Positions 21,355-31,333 of a DNA stretch of 64,000 nucleotides are shown here, one piece after another. Below the pieces are notes generated by a model that was given only the letters and a program-made list of their open reading frames with translations, did not search any database and was not told where the DNA came from. Numbering within the stretch: the stretch's first letter is position 1; the number at the start of each line of letters is the position of its first letter. The position numbers and the translations under genes are program-made. The DNA comes from Pirellulales bacterium (GTDB lineage Bacteria; Planctomycetota; Planctomycetia; Pirellulales; Pirellulaceae). Location of the stretch: NCBI GenBank assembly GCA_046349895.1, contig JAXMBJ010000006.1, positions 3,092,051 through 3,156,050 on the forward strand, written 5' to 3'.

Positions 21355-22668
21355 ATGCAGAAAGCACGTTCCGCCGCGTCTGACGACGACCGGCGACCGA
21401 CGCACGACCCCTACGCGGCCTGGCGACACCCCAGCTATCGAACCTTCCTGATCGGCAACTTCGCTTCCATCTGTGGCATGCAGATGCAGTCGACCGCCGT
21501 CGGCTGGGATATCTACAACCGGACCGAATCGAACATGGCCCTGGGCCTGGTCGGGCTGGCTCAATTCCTGCCCGTCGTCCTGCTGTGGCTCCCCGCCGGA
21601 TACGCCGCCGATCGCCTGCCGCGCAAATGGATCGTCATGGCCGCCATGGTCATCGTCGCCGCTTCGTCGCTGGCCCTCACCGCAATCTCACTCCACCACC
21701 TCGACTACCGCTGGATCTACCTGGCCCTGGCGACCGTCGGTGTGGCTCGAGCGTTCCAGCAGCCAGCCAAGGCATCCCTCCTGCCGCAGCTGGTCCCGGT
21801 CGAACAATTCGCGAGCGCCGTGACCTGGAACACCAGCGCCTTTCACCTGGCCACCGTCCTCGGACCTGGACTCGCCGGCTGGCTGATCGCCCGCACTCTG
21901 TCTCCTGTCACCGTTTACTTGATCGATGCGGCTTCGGCCGTCGTCTTCGCCGTGATGCTCGCCTGCACTCGCACACTCCCCGCGCCAAAGACCGACGCCG
22001 TGGAGCACGACCGCAGCTTTGTCGGCGGACTGACCTACCTCTGGTCAAATCCTGTCATCTTCGGCGCTATCTCGCTCGACATGTTCGCCGTACTGCTCGG
22101 CGGCGCCATCACGCTGCTCCCGGTCTACGCCGAAACAATCCTCCGCACCGGACCCGAAGGGCTCGGCTGGCTGAGAGCCGCACCGGGCTTCGGCGCGCTG
22201 ACCATGGCCCTGATCCTCGCTCACCTCCCACCCATCCGCCGGGCCGGCCAAGCCATGTTGTGGTCCATTGCCGGCTTCGGTCTGGCCACCATCGTCTTCG
22301 GGCTCTCCCAGAACCTGACCCTCTCACTGATCATGCTCTTCCTGACAGGCGCTCTGGATAACATCAGTGTCGTGATCCGACATACGCTGATCCAGACGCA
22401 AACTCCCGACGAACTCCGCGGCCGCGTCTCCGCCGTCAACGGGCTCTTCATCGGTGCTTCCAACGAACTGGGTGGCTTCGAATCGGGCGTGGTCGCCCAC
22501 TGGTTCGGACCCGTTTTCTCGGTCGTCAGCGGCGGGATCGGCACCATCCTGGTGGTCCTGGCCACCGCCGCGCAGATCCCCCAACTCCGACGCTACGAAC
22601 AGAGTTCAACACACAAGATCGACGGGGAAGCAGACGCAGAACCCAAGGCGGAACCCAAGCCAAAATAG
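21355..22668 (+). CDS. MFS transporter
   Basis: About 12 hydrophobic segments, MFS-like N-terminal motif region (LPAGYAADRLPRK), ATG verified. Confidence 0.8.
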   Translation: MQKARSAASDDDRRPTHDPYAAWRHPSYRTFLIGNFASICGMQMQSTAVGWDIYNRTESNMALGLVGLAQFLPVVLLWLPAGYAADRLPRKWIVMAAMVIVAASSLALTAISLHHLDYRWIYLALATVGVARAFQQPAKASLLPQLVPVEQFASAVTWNTSAFHLATVLGPGLAGWLIARTLSPVTVYLIDAASAVVFAVMLACTRTLPAPKTDAVEHDRSFVGGLTYLWSNPVIFGAISLDMFAVLLGGAITLLPVYAETILRTGPEGLGWLRAAPGFGALTMALILAHLPPIRRAGQAMLWSIAGFGLATIVFGLSQNLTLSLIMLFLTGALDNISVVIRHTLIQTQTPDELRGRVSAVNGLFIGASNELGGFESGVVAHWFGPVFSVVSGGIGTILVVLATAAQIPQLRRYEQSSTHKIDGEADAEPKAEPKPK

Positions 22669-23536
22669 AACTGACCGCAGAGCCGGACCCAGAAACAAAA
22701 AGGCTCTTCGGCAGAATCTGTGAGTAGTTTCTGATTCTATTAGGCGGCCATGGTTATTCAGCTTGGCGATTCTCGCGAGCTGCGAGCTGGCATGCCGCCG
22801 GATTTTCTCGTAGTGAGTCGAGGTGATTTCGTAAGCGAGAGATGGCTTACCGGCTCGTCGCTCCCTCGGGTTCGGGCTCCAAGAATGGGGCGGCTGGAGC
22901 TCCTGCGCGCCGTCCCTCGGCCTCTGCCATCGATCGCTCGCCACCTGGGCCCCGCCAAAGTCGTGGGGCTGGTTGGCCGGCAGGTGATGGCGACTTTTTT
23001 GCCCCACCGACTTTGGGGGGCCTCCCGGTTTTGGCGAAGCGACCGACGGCGACGGCGACGGGAATGGGGCAGGAAGCGCGGAGCCAGCCCCTTGTGCGAA
23101 AGAAGCCAGAAAGGATCACCACTTGTGACAAGCGGTCGTCTTCCGGCGGCATTTGTGTGCACAGCAGGATGAATTGGCTGACAGTCCGCAAGTTCCGTCT
23201 CCCGGCGAGTGGTCGAGCCCCGTTTCACCTTCCCGTCACCGTCGCCGTCCGTCGCTTCGCCCGAACGCCGCAGGTCCCCCACAGTCTGTGGGCGAGCCAA
23301 ATGACAAGGAATTCAGAATCGAGCTCGCCGAGCCCACGACTGTGGCGGGGCCAGAGGCAGGGCGAGTGACGACGGTCGACGTAGGGAAGGGGAAAGCGGG
23401 GCGGCCCCCGTGGCTCACCTTTCCGGAGCCCGAGCCTGAGAGAGCGCCGTGTCACCAAGGCATGCGATTCTCGCTGCGGCTCAACGAATGCTCACACGAA
23501 TTCACCCAGAGGTTCCGCCAAAGAGCCAAACAAAAA

Positions 23537-23569
23537 GAGGATGCCCGCGCCATTGGCGCCGGCATCCTC
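23537..23569 (-). terminator. rho-independent terminator downstream of tsp
   Basis: Hairpin GAGGATGCC...GGCATCCTC followed on the minus strand by TTTTTGTTTGG. Confidence 0.55.
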
Positions 23570-23606
23570 TCTCAAGTTCTATTCGCTACGGACTACAGTC
23601 GATTTG

Positions 23607-25724
23607 CTAATTCGCGCTGGGAGCGGCTTTCTGAGTAGCGGCCGTGTTGAGCGCACCGCTGTTGCCGCCCAGCAGACTGAGGTAATCGACGGCGATGTTC
23701 ATCACCTCGTCGAGATAGAAATCGCGGCGAATTCCCTCGCTCGATTCCACCTGCTCCTCAATCTGCTTCTCGTCTTCCTTGTCGGCATCGAATTCCTTGC
23801 GCACCCGTAAGAATTCTTCTTCGTTCAGCGACACTGCTTTGCGTTCCTTCTGAGCGACATACTTCTTGATGTCCTGCTCCAGATCCTGGAATTCCTTCGA
23901 TGCGGTCTGGCGTTCCTGCGACTTGTGAGTCAACTTCCGCACCAGCTCGTCGTTCACCAGCTCCATCTTGCCGAACGTCGCCGCCGGCACCGTGTCGAAT
24001 TCAATGGCGTAGTCCAGATCCGCCTCACCGTAATCGGTGTGATCGGTAAACGACGGCAAGACCACGTCCGACAGGACACCCCGCTTCTGAGTGCTCTGGC
24101 CACTGGGCCGATAGAACTTCTGAATGGTGATCTTCAGCGCTCCCAGATTGGGCGTATTCGCCACGCCCGGGAAGAGCTGCGATCCGAGGTCAAGCAGGCT
24201 CTGCACCGTCCCTTTGCCGTGTGTCGACGAGTCGCCGATGATGATGCCTCGCCCGTAGTCCTGAATCGTGCCGGCCAGAATCTCGCTGGCACTGGCGCTG
24301 AACTTGCTGGTCAGCACAACCAGCGGTCCCGACCACGACGTCCCGCCACGCGAATCGTCGTACGTCTGCACCCGCTCGTCGCCGTCCTTCACCTGCACCA
24401 CCGGACCACGATCGATGAACAGGCCCGTCAGGTTAATCGCTTCGGTCAAGCTGCCACCGCCGTTGCGGCGCAAGTCGAGCACGACGACGTCGACTTTCTC
24501 CGACCGGAACTTCTCGAGAATCTGATCGACATCCCGCGTCGTCGACTTGTAATTGCTCTGCCCCTGCGAGAACGCATTCATGTCCATGTAAAAGCTCGGC
24601 AAATCAATCACTCCCACCCGGAACGCCGTTCCGTCGGGCTTTTTGCCGATTTCGAATACCTTGGACTGAGCTTCACTGTCCTTCAGCTCGATCTTCGCTC
24701 GAGTAATCGATACCGTCTTGGTCTCGTTGCTCCCCGCCGGTTTCACTCCCAGCCGGACGACCGTCCCTGCCTTGCCGCGAATCATCTCCACAACGTCGTT
24801 CAGGTTCGCGTCAATCACGTCGACCATCTCACCGTTCTCGCCCTCGCCCACGCTGACGATCTGATCCTCGGGCTTCAACTGACCCGATTTCTCAGCCGCT
24901 CCGCCCGGAATCACGCGATCGACCACGGTCAGACCGTCTTCCATCTTCAGAGCCGCACCGATCCCCTCCAGATTCAATCGCATCTGAATCAGAAAGTTCT
25001 CGTAGTTGCTCCGCGACATGTAAGTCGTGTGCGGATCAAAGCTCGACGTGATCGCCGTCAGATAGGTCTCCACCAGATCGTCGTCCTTCCAGCGATGAAC
25101 GCGACGAGCGAAATTGGCGTAGCGACGCTTCAGGCGGCTGACCGCTTCCTCGCCCGACTTGTCCTCGGTCTTCAACAGCAACAGATCGTACTTCAGCCGG
25201 CGACGCCAGCGGTCACGAGCCTCGGCCGCGTCTTTCGGAAACTCGATGTGGTCAAAGTCCGTGATGTACTCTTCCTGCAGAGTGAAATCAGGCTGCTCGG
25301 CCAACAACTCGTCAATCTGCTTCAGCCGCTCGTCAACCCGCTCCACAAAGACCTTGAACACGTCGTACGCAAACGTGATGTCGTTCTTCTTGAACGCTTC
25401 GTCCAGCTTGTCACGCTGCTGCTGAAACCGTTCAATGTCCGACTGATAAAAGTAGAGCTTGGCCGGGTCGAGCCGCTTGACGAAGGTGTCGAGCGCCCGG
25501 TGCGAAATCTCGTCGTCAATCGCATGCTCGGTCAGATGGTCTCGCCCAAGCAACAAGCGGACCGTCATGGCCACCTGGCGTTCGGTCGCGTCCGGACCCT
25601 TCAGGTCGGCTCGAACTGTCGGCATGTTCATGCCGCCCGTGGCCCACGCTCCCGTGGCCAGCGCCACAGCTGCCAACCAATTGCCGACCGAGCGGCACGA
25701 CTTCACTGTCCGGCACCTAGCCAT
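23607..25724 (-). CDS. carboxy-terminal processing protease (S41 family, Tsp/Prc-like)
   Basis: Signal peptide, PDZ-like region, and S41 catalytic region (GPLVVLTSKFSASASEI..., TIQKFYRPSG). ATG at 25724 with AAAGGAAAC RBS. The ORF extends to a GTG at 25757. Confidence 0.85.
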   Translation of the reverse strand: MARCRTVKSCRSVGNWLAAVALATGAWATGGMNMPTVRADLKGPDATERQVAMTVRLLLGRDHLTEHAIDDEISHRALDTFVKRLDPAKLYFYQSDIERFQQQRDKLDEAFKKNDITFAYDVFKVFVERVDERLKQIDELLAEQPDFTLQEEYITDFDHIEFPKDAAEARDRWRRRLKYDLLLLKTEDKSGEEAVSRLKRRYANFARRVHRWKDDDLVETYLTAITSSFDPHTTYMSRSNYENFLIQMRLNLEGIGAALKMEDGLTVVDRVIPGGAAEKSGQLKPEDQIVSVGEGENGEMVDVIDANLNDVVEMIRGKAGTVVRLGVKPAGSNETKTVSITRAKIELKDSEAQSKVFEIGKKPDGTAFRVGVIDLPSFYMDMNAFSQGQSNYKSTTRDVDQILEKFRSEKVDVVVLDLRRNGGGSLTEAINLTGLFIDRGPVVQVKDGDERVQTYDDSRGGTSWSGPLVVLTSKFSASASEILAGTIQDYGRGIIIGDSSTHGKGTVQSLLDLGSQLFPGVANTPNLGALKITIQKFYRPSGQSTQKRGVLSDVVLPSFTDHTDYGEADLDYAIEFDTVPAATFGKMELVNDELVRKLTHKSQERQTASKEFQDLEQDIKKYVAQKERKAVSLNEEEFLRVRKEFDADKEDEKQIEEQVESSEGIRRDFYLDEVMNIAVDYLSLLGGNSGALNTAATQKAAPSAN

Positions 25725-25833
25725 CGACGGTTTCCTTTCTGCGATCGTCAAACTCACGCCACCTTGCTTATGTTATCCCCGCCAGTAGAGGGCGACAATA
25801 GCTTTGATCGGCCCCCCCCACCGCGGCGCCTGG

Positions 25834-27441
25834 TCAGTCCTTGCCCACATGGCGGACTTCCGCCCAATACCGCTCAAACGCGCCATCCTTGTGGAAGTCC
25901 GGACTGTTGTCCAAATCGTGACACTCCAAACAAACCCGCTCAGCCGCCGACAACGGCAGCCGCATCTGCTGTCTCAGCTTTAAACGCTCAGCGTCCGTCG
26001 CATCAACGTCGCCCGATTCCACCGCCACGTGCTGCGAACCCGGGCCATGACAGTTCTCACATCCGTTGCCGGTCAGATGAGCCGTCTGGGTGAGCGACTG
26101 GTAGCCCGACAAGTAGGGGTAATACCCCTGAGCATTCCAGCCCGTCACGTGACAACTCAGACACTCCGGATCGAATTGCCGCTGCACGGCCGCACGTTCG
26201 GGGGGATGGACCAAGTCGGCCGTCGCCTTCTGGTGAGGAGTCTTCTCCCAGATCGCGTACGCCTTCGTGTGACACTCGCCACACTTCTCGCTCCCCACAA
26301 ACTCACCACCCCGCGGATGAGGCGAAGCGGTCAGCCCCAGGCCGTCCAGCCCCAAGGTTTCCAGCTGCTGCTGATAACTGGCCAACGCCTCCAACATCGC
26401 CGGATGATCTCCAAACGTCGCATCCAACGGCACCCGCTGATAACGGAACTGCCCTTCAAAGATGCCAATCACTCCCGCGTACATCCCCTTCGCACCGACT
26501 TGAATCACCTGCGTCGATGTGCCGGCTACCTTCTCGGGTCGCATCGTCGGCTCGCCCGCCCCCGCAGCATTCACCACCAGATCAAACTCGGGGACCTCAC
26601 GCACCAACCGCTCCGTCTCCTCCGTGTCCGTGTAACTCAATAACAACAGCAACCCACATTCCTGCCGCCGGAATTCGGCCACCACTTCCTTGAGACTGGC
26701 GACCGTATCCCGAAACTCCACCGCGTCGTTGTGCACCTGCTGCTGAGCCTCAGCACCCAGCACCGACGTCACGCCAATCTTCAAATCGCCCACCTCGATC
26801 ACCCGCGATTTGGGGACCAAGTCGAGCAGATTCAGGTTGCCCGCCACAAATAACTCCGGGTCGTTCACCACCGCCGCTACCAGCTCGCCCGAGGCCAGCC
26901 GCAGATCGTCCGGACCCAGACCCACCGCGCGATATCCCATCTTCTTGAGCGATTCCAGAGTCATCTGGAACTTGATCTCCGACTGCTTGCCGATCCGACG
27001 CACCTGATTCCCCAGGTCGAGCGGCACCACGGGCCATTGCTTGCCACGCAGCTGCTCGAGCAGCGTCGCACGACGCATCAGCCCCCCCTTCTGATTCTCC
27101 AGACCCGTGCAACCGCACGGCTCGAAATAGCCCGTCTGGCGACCCGTCACCACCAGCACCGCTCGCGGCTGCGGCCAGCGAGCCAGCGTGGCCATCGCCA
27201 ACGCTCCCGCCCGCTCCGTCGGACCAGCCTTCCCGTCCAACTCGCCCTTCTCTCCCTTCGCTGCCGCCGCCCCAATCTTGGGCTCCGACGCCCAGACACG
27301 GTCCGTCCAGCGAATCAGCAACGAACTGGCGCAAAGACTCAGCACGGCCACCGCCAGACGAACGCCCCAGCGACTCGCCGCTCCAGCTCGCCGACCCACA
27401 GTCGCTTCGTCGTCGCCCGAATCGTTCACGGCCCCCCCCAT
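25834..27441 (-). CDS. multiheme c-type cytochrome (4 CXXCH) with uncharacterised N-terminal domain
   Basis: CGECH, CLSCH, CENCH and CLECH in the C-terminal about 150 aa. N-terminal TM/signal segment; ATG verified. Confidence 0.7.
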   Translation of the reverse strand: MGGAVNDSGDDEATVGRRAGAASRWGVRLAVAVLSLCASSLLIRWTDRVWASEPKIGAAAAKGEKGELDGKAGPTERAGALAMATLARWPQPRAVLVVTGRQTGYFEPCGCTGLENQKGGLMRRATLLEQLRGKQWPVVPLDLGNQVRRIGKQSEIKFQMTLESLKKMGYRAVGLGPDDLRLASGELVAAVVNDPELFVAGNLNLLDLVPKSRVIEVGDLKIGVTSVLGAEAQQQVHNDAVEFRDTVASLKEVVAEFRRQECGLLLLLSYTDTEETERLVREVPEFDLVVNAAGAGEPTMRPEKVAGTSTQVIQVGAKGMYAGVIGIFEGQFRYQRVPLDATFGDHPAMLEALASYQQQLETLGLDGLGLTASPHPRGGEFVGSEKCGECHTKAYAIWEKTPHQKATADLVHPPERAAVQRQFDPECLSCHVTGWNAQGYYPYLSGYQSLTQTAHLTGNGCENCHGPGSQHVAVESGDVDATDAERLKLRQQMRLPLSAAERVCLECHDLDNSPDFHKDGAFERYWAEVRHVGKD

Positions 27442-27697
27442 ATTACTGTTCCTTTGCCGAGTCCCCTCGCAGGCTCCATGGGTACACGCTCAGTCGTCTC
27501 AGAGCAAGATCGAAACCCCCAAACACCCACCCCGCCAGTCCCCCCCGATCCCCATCAGCCGAGCCACCCTTCACAATAGGCCCCCATTTCAATAGGCACT
27601 GATCAACGGGCACTGCGCATTCCCCAGGCCAGTTGCCCCAAGAGGGCCAATCGGTCTGAGGACGAATGGCTGTCAGGATTGGCTGGGCCGAGTGCTG

Positions 27698-28894
27698 TCA
27701 GTTGGTCCGGTCTTGAAATACGACCAGCGACACGTACATCACCAGCTCAGGGATCTCCGGGTGGTTGGTGGTGAAGACCAGCTTGCCGACATGGTTCAGG
27801 TCTCGGCCGAACCGGTCCACGCTCGGACTCCCCGGCGGGACCCGGATGGTGACCGGGTAAGCGATCACGGCTCCCGAGTTCACCTCGGTCGGGGCGCCGA
27901 TCTCGACCTTCAAGACTTCCGCCGGGTCGGCCGATTTGAGCTGGATCGACAAATCGCGACGCCGAGGCCCTTTGGCGAGCAGCTTCACTGAGACTTCCTT
28001 GCCCACTGATGAGGGAATCCGTCCCAGGTGGATCAGGTTCAAGTCGCGATCGAGGAACCGCCCCGCGACGATCGTTACGTCGCTGATGACGTTGGCCTCC
28101 AGCGGGATGGAGATCTCCCCGACGTTGGCCTGGTTGGTGGTGATCTGTACGGTCTGTCGGAGCGGTCCGAGCGGAATCCCGGGCTTCATATGGACGCGGA
28201 CCACCGCACCCGACAGAGCGTCTTTGCGGCTCTTGAGCCGTTCGGCCGACATCGGCAGGACCTCGGATGAAAAGTATTGAGCCGTCTCAGGATGGCCAAA
28301 CTTGACTTCCTTGACCTCCAGTGCCGCATCGCGAAACCCGAACAGCTCCACGTCGTACGACCCCGGCTCGCTGCGCGAAATCTGGCTCAGCAGCAACTGC
28401 ACCGGCTCGGCCTGCACCACCAGCGTCACGCGTCCTTTGACGGTCAGCACCAAGGTCGGCGTGTCGGGGTCGTTTGTCTTGAGCGTGGCCGATTGACGGA
28501 ACTGAGGGTCAAACCCGGAGGCTTTCCAGGTGAGCTTGACGTCGCGGGCCTCACCAGGCGGGATCTGATCCGCCTGAAGTTCGCCCACGGTGCATTTGCA
28601 GGTGGTGTCGATGATTTCCAGCGACAGTGGTTGAGTGCCGACATTGCTGACGCGAAACGTATGGCTCTGGCTCTCGTCGAAAGCCATCGTGCCAAAATCG
28701 AACGTGTCGCCGTCGATCAGCCGCACCTCAGCCTGCAGCTCGCCACCGGGCGCCACCGGCGCATCATTACCGGCGAAATCCCAACTCGACGGCCCGAAAT
28801 CGACCTTCGTCTCAGGATACTTCCACGACGCTCCCAGCCAGCCCACGACGCCCCCAGCGACGATGGCCGCCAGCACGATCCCCACGATCCTCAT
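27698..28894 (-). CDS. DUF1573-like domain protein (PapD/Ig-like), membrane-anchored
   Basis: N-terminal TM helix (MRIVGIVLAAIVAGGVVGW) and beta-rich repeats. ATG at 28894 preferred over GTG at 28966. Confidence 0.55.
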   Translation of the reverse strand: MRIVGIVLAAIVAGGVVGWLGASWKYPETKVDFGPSSWDFAGNDAPVAPGGELQAEVRLIDGDTFDFGTMAFDESQSHTFRVSNVGTQPLSLEIIDTTCKCTVGELQADQIPPGEARDVKLTWKASGFDPQFRQSATLKTNDPDTPTLVLTVKGRVTLVVQAEPVQLLLSQISRSEPGSYDVELFGFRDAALEVKEVKFGHPETAQYFSSEVLPMSAERLKSRKDALSGAVVRVHMKPGIPLGPLRQTVQITTNQANVGEISIPLEANVISDVTIVAGRFLDRDLNLIHLGRIPSSVGKEVSVKLLAKGPRRRDLSIQLKSADPAEVLKVEIGAPTEVNSGAVIAYPVTIRVPPGSPSVDRFGRDLNHVGKLVFTTNHPEIPELVMYVSLVVFQDRTN

Positions 28895-29036
28895 GCCCGC
28901 CGACTCCCGTTCACCCTCACGTGTCGTTGCACCCCTACGCTGCCGTCGGAACCTCCCCAGCGTCACTCCGGCGAGTCACTTTCGATGATCACTCCGGCGA
29001 ACTGGCCGCTGCATCGTCGGGGGATGAGTCCTGATG

Positions 29037-29582
29037 TCAGTCTACCACCTGGCGGACCAGTCGTTGGAGATACTGGCGGGCCTGACCGAAGAACTGGTGA
29101 AAATCGGCCCGCCGGTAGTCGGGATAGGTCCAGGGGAGCTCCTGCCAGACGCCCCGTCGAAACTGCAGCGTCAGTTCAGCGTAGATCCCCTCCCGCAAAT
29201 AGATGCGGTGGGCGTGGTTCTTGGTGGAGGCCAGGACGAGTTTGCTGAGCGTCAGGTAGCCGGGATCGAGGTTCAACGGCCTCGGCTCGGGATGCGAACT
29301 CTGCCGAGCGTAGTCGGCTTCCCAGCCGTTGGTCGACCGTTTCCAGTCGGCCAGCCCTGAGACATCCTGGGGCTGAGCCAACACGAGGAACATCTTCTTC
29401 AGGTCGGGCCCCATCGTGGCCGTGTAGTAGTCCGTTTCGACGAATTTAAACGGCCGACTCTCCAGCGCGACGCTCCCCCATCCCTCTTGGCAGCGTTCCC
29501 GGGCCCACGCCAGTCCTTCGTCGTACCGGCTGATCACCGCCACGATCGGCAGCCCTGTCTCGGCGGAATGGACATCTCCCAT
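29037..29582 (-). CDS. conserved hypothetical protein encoded immediately downstream of proS
   Basis: ORF with balanced composition. ATG at 29582 verified; alternative GTG at 29642 would overlap proS. Confidence 0.5.
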   Translation of the reverse strand: MGDVHSAETGLPIVAVISRYDEGLAWARERCQEGWGSVALESRPFKFVETDYYTATMGPDLKKMFLVLAQPQDVSGLADWKRSTNGWEADYARQSSHPEPRPLNLDPGYLTLSKLVLASTKNHAHRIYLREGIYAELTLQFRRGVWQELPWTYPDYRRADFHQFFGQARQYLQRLVRQVVD

Positions 29583-29625
29583 GGCCGACCGTTGCCCCTT
29601 CGCATCCCCCGCCGGACAGCCGGCG

Positions 29626-31146
29626 TCAGTAGGCCTTGGCAAAAATCGCCTGAGCCTCCGCCGCTTTGCCGGTAAAGAGGCACGGCCCCTGGGGGGCGGA
29701 ATCGTCGAGCGGGATGCAGCGAATGGTGACTTTCAGCTCCTTCAACAATTCGTGCACCGCCGGGTCTTCCCGATACGAGATGCGGGCGAATCCACCCGAA
29801 ATCTCGTTCTCGCCCGCGGCCGTCGCCTGGAAGTAGTCGCGGAATTCGTCCAGCGTCCGCAACGTGACGGTGTTTTCCTCACGCATGGTCAGGGCTCGCT
29901 GATACAGCGATCGCTGGATGTCATCGAGCGTCTGACCCACAGTGGCAATAAACTCTCCGCGCGGTACCGACTTCTTGTCGCGCGGCCCCTGATCGCGACG
30001 GCCCACAAACAGACTGTCGCCGGCCATATCCCGCGGTCCGATCTCCACTCGGATCGGCACTCCCCGCTTGACGTGATACCAGGTCTTCTCACCACCGCGC
30101 AAATCGCGGTCATCGATCATGGCCCGGACCGTCCCGTCGCCGTAAGGCTGAGCCGAGAGCTCCGCCAGCACACGCTCACAATAGGCTCGCACCGCCGCAC
30201 GTTCTTCGTCGTTACGGTAGATGGGGAGCAGGACGACGTGCTTGGGAGCCAGTCGCGGCGGCAGGATCAGCCCGTCGTCGTCGGCGTGAGTCATGATGAG
30301 CCCACCGACCAGACGCGTGGAAACGCCCCACGACGTGGTCCAGGCGTAAGCCTCCTGCCCCTGCTGGTTCTGAAACTTGATCTCCTGGGCTCGTGAGAAG
30401 TTCTGACCGAGAAAATGCGAGGTGCCGGCCTGCAGTGCCTTGCGGTCCTGCATCATCGCTTCGATGCTGTACGTGCAGACCGCTCCCGGAAACCGCTCAC
30501 CCGCCGTCTTCTCCCCCTGAATCACCGGCATGGCCATATAGTTCTCGGCGAAATCAGCGTACAGCCGGAGGATCTTGATCGTTTCCTCGCGAGCCTCCTC
30601 TTCGGTGGCATGAGCCGTATGGCCCTCCTGCCACAAGAACTCGGCCGTACGCAAGAACAACCGCGTACGCATCTCCCAACGGACGACATTCGCCCACTGA
30701 TTGATCAGAATCGGCAGGTCACGATACGACTGCACCCACTTGGCGTACATCGCGCCGATAATCGTTTCGCTGGTCGGGCGGACGATCAGCGGCTCTTCGA
30801 GCGGACCGGCCGGCACCAGCCCTCCGTCCGGGCCTGGCTCGAGCCGATGGTGAGTCACCACCGCACATTCCTTAGCAAAGCCTTCGACGTGCTCCGCCTC
30901 CTTCTCGAGGTAACTCATCGGAATGAAGAGCGGGAAGTAGGCGTTCTCGTGCCCAGTCTGCTTGAATTTCCGGTCCAGCACCGCCTGGATGTTCTCCCAG
31001 AGCGCATAGCCCCACGGTTTAATCACCATGCAGCCCCGCACGGGCGACACTTCGGCCAGATCGGCCTGCTTGATCACTTCCTGATACCACTGCGGATAAT
31101 CTTCTGCCCGCGTGGGCCGAATCGCCGACCCCGACTCCTTCGCCAT
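29626..31146 (-). CDS. proS: proline--tRNA ligase (archaeal/eukaryote-like type)
   Basis: Class II aaRS motifs; about 500 aa without the INS editing domain; YAKWVQSYRDLP, FLRTAEFLWQEGHTAH. Confidence 0.9.
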   Translation of the reverse strand: MAKESGSAIRPTRAEDYPQWYQEVIKQADLAEVSPVRGCMVIKPWGYALWENIQAVLDRKFKQTGHENAYFPLFIPMSYLEKEAEHVEGFAKECAVVTHHRLEPGPDGGLVPAGPLEEPLIVRPTSETIIGAMYAKWVQSYRDLPILINQWANVVRWEMRTRLFLRTAEFLWQEGHTAHATEEEAREETIKILRLYADFAENYMAMPVIQGEKTAGERFPGAVCTYSIEAMMQDRKALQAGTSHFLGQNFSRAQEIKFQNQQGQEAYAWTTSWGVSTRLVGGLIMTHADDDGLILPPRLAPKHVVLLPIYRNDEERAAVRAYCERVLAELSAQPYGDGTVRAMIDDRDLRGGEKTWYHVKRGVPIRVEIGPRDMAGDSLFVGRRDQGPRDKKSVPRGEFIATVGQTLDDIQRSLYQRALTMREENTVTLRTLDEFRDYFQATAAGENEISGGFARISYREDPAVHELLKELKVTIRCIPLDDSAPQGPCLFTGKAAEAQAIFAKAY

Positions 31147-31196
31147 CACGTCCCTCTCAATTTCCCCTGCCTGAAACCTCGGATTGCCGCACCCAT

Positions 31197-31237
31197 CAAA
31201 TCAGTGTTAATCGAATCAGTGCGATCCGAATCGGTGT
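31197..31237. promoter_or_regulatory. three direct repeats (C/A)AATC(A/G)GTG spaced about 15 bp apart upstream of proS
   Basis: caaatcagtg, cgaatcagtg and cgaatcggtg in an AT-richer patch between the SPFH stop and the proS start. Confidence 0.3.
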
Positions 31238-31333
31238 GAATAGAAAGTAAAAAGTTGAGCTCCTGAAGGAAAGCCGTGGTGGAATCACCTGGTCTCCTGC
31301 TCGTCCCGCTGGAGTTTCGGCCGCCCCTTCGGA

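Noticed and set aside
22669-23536. tRNA, tmRNA, RNase P or SRP RNA in the gene-less region
   Set aside because: No T-arm GGTTCGAATCC-like motif, no tmRNA tag or CCA-end features, and no RNase P/SRP conserved boxes recognisable by eye. Reported only as an unexplained gap.
23925-26093. 722-aa plus-strand ORF
   Set aside because: Antisense to the S41 protease and cytochrome genes; low-complexity R/L/V-rich translation, no motifs.
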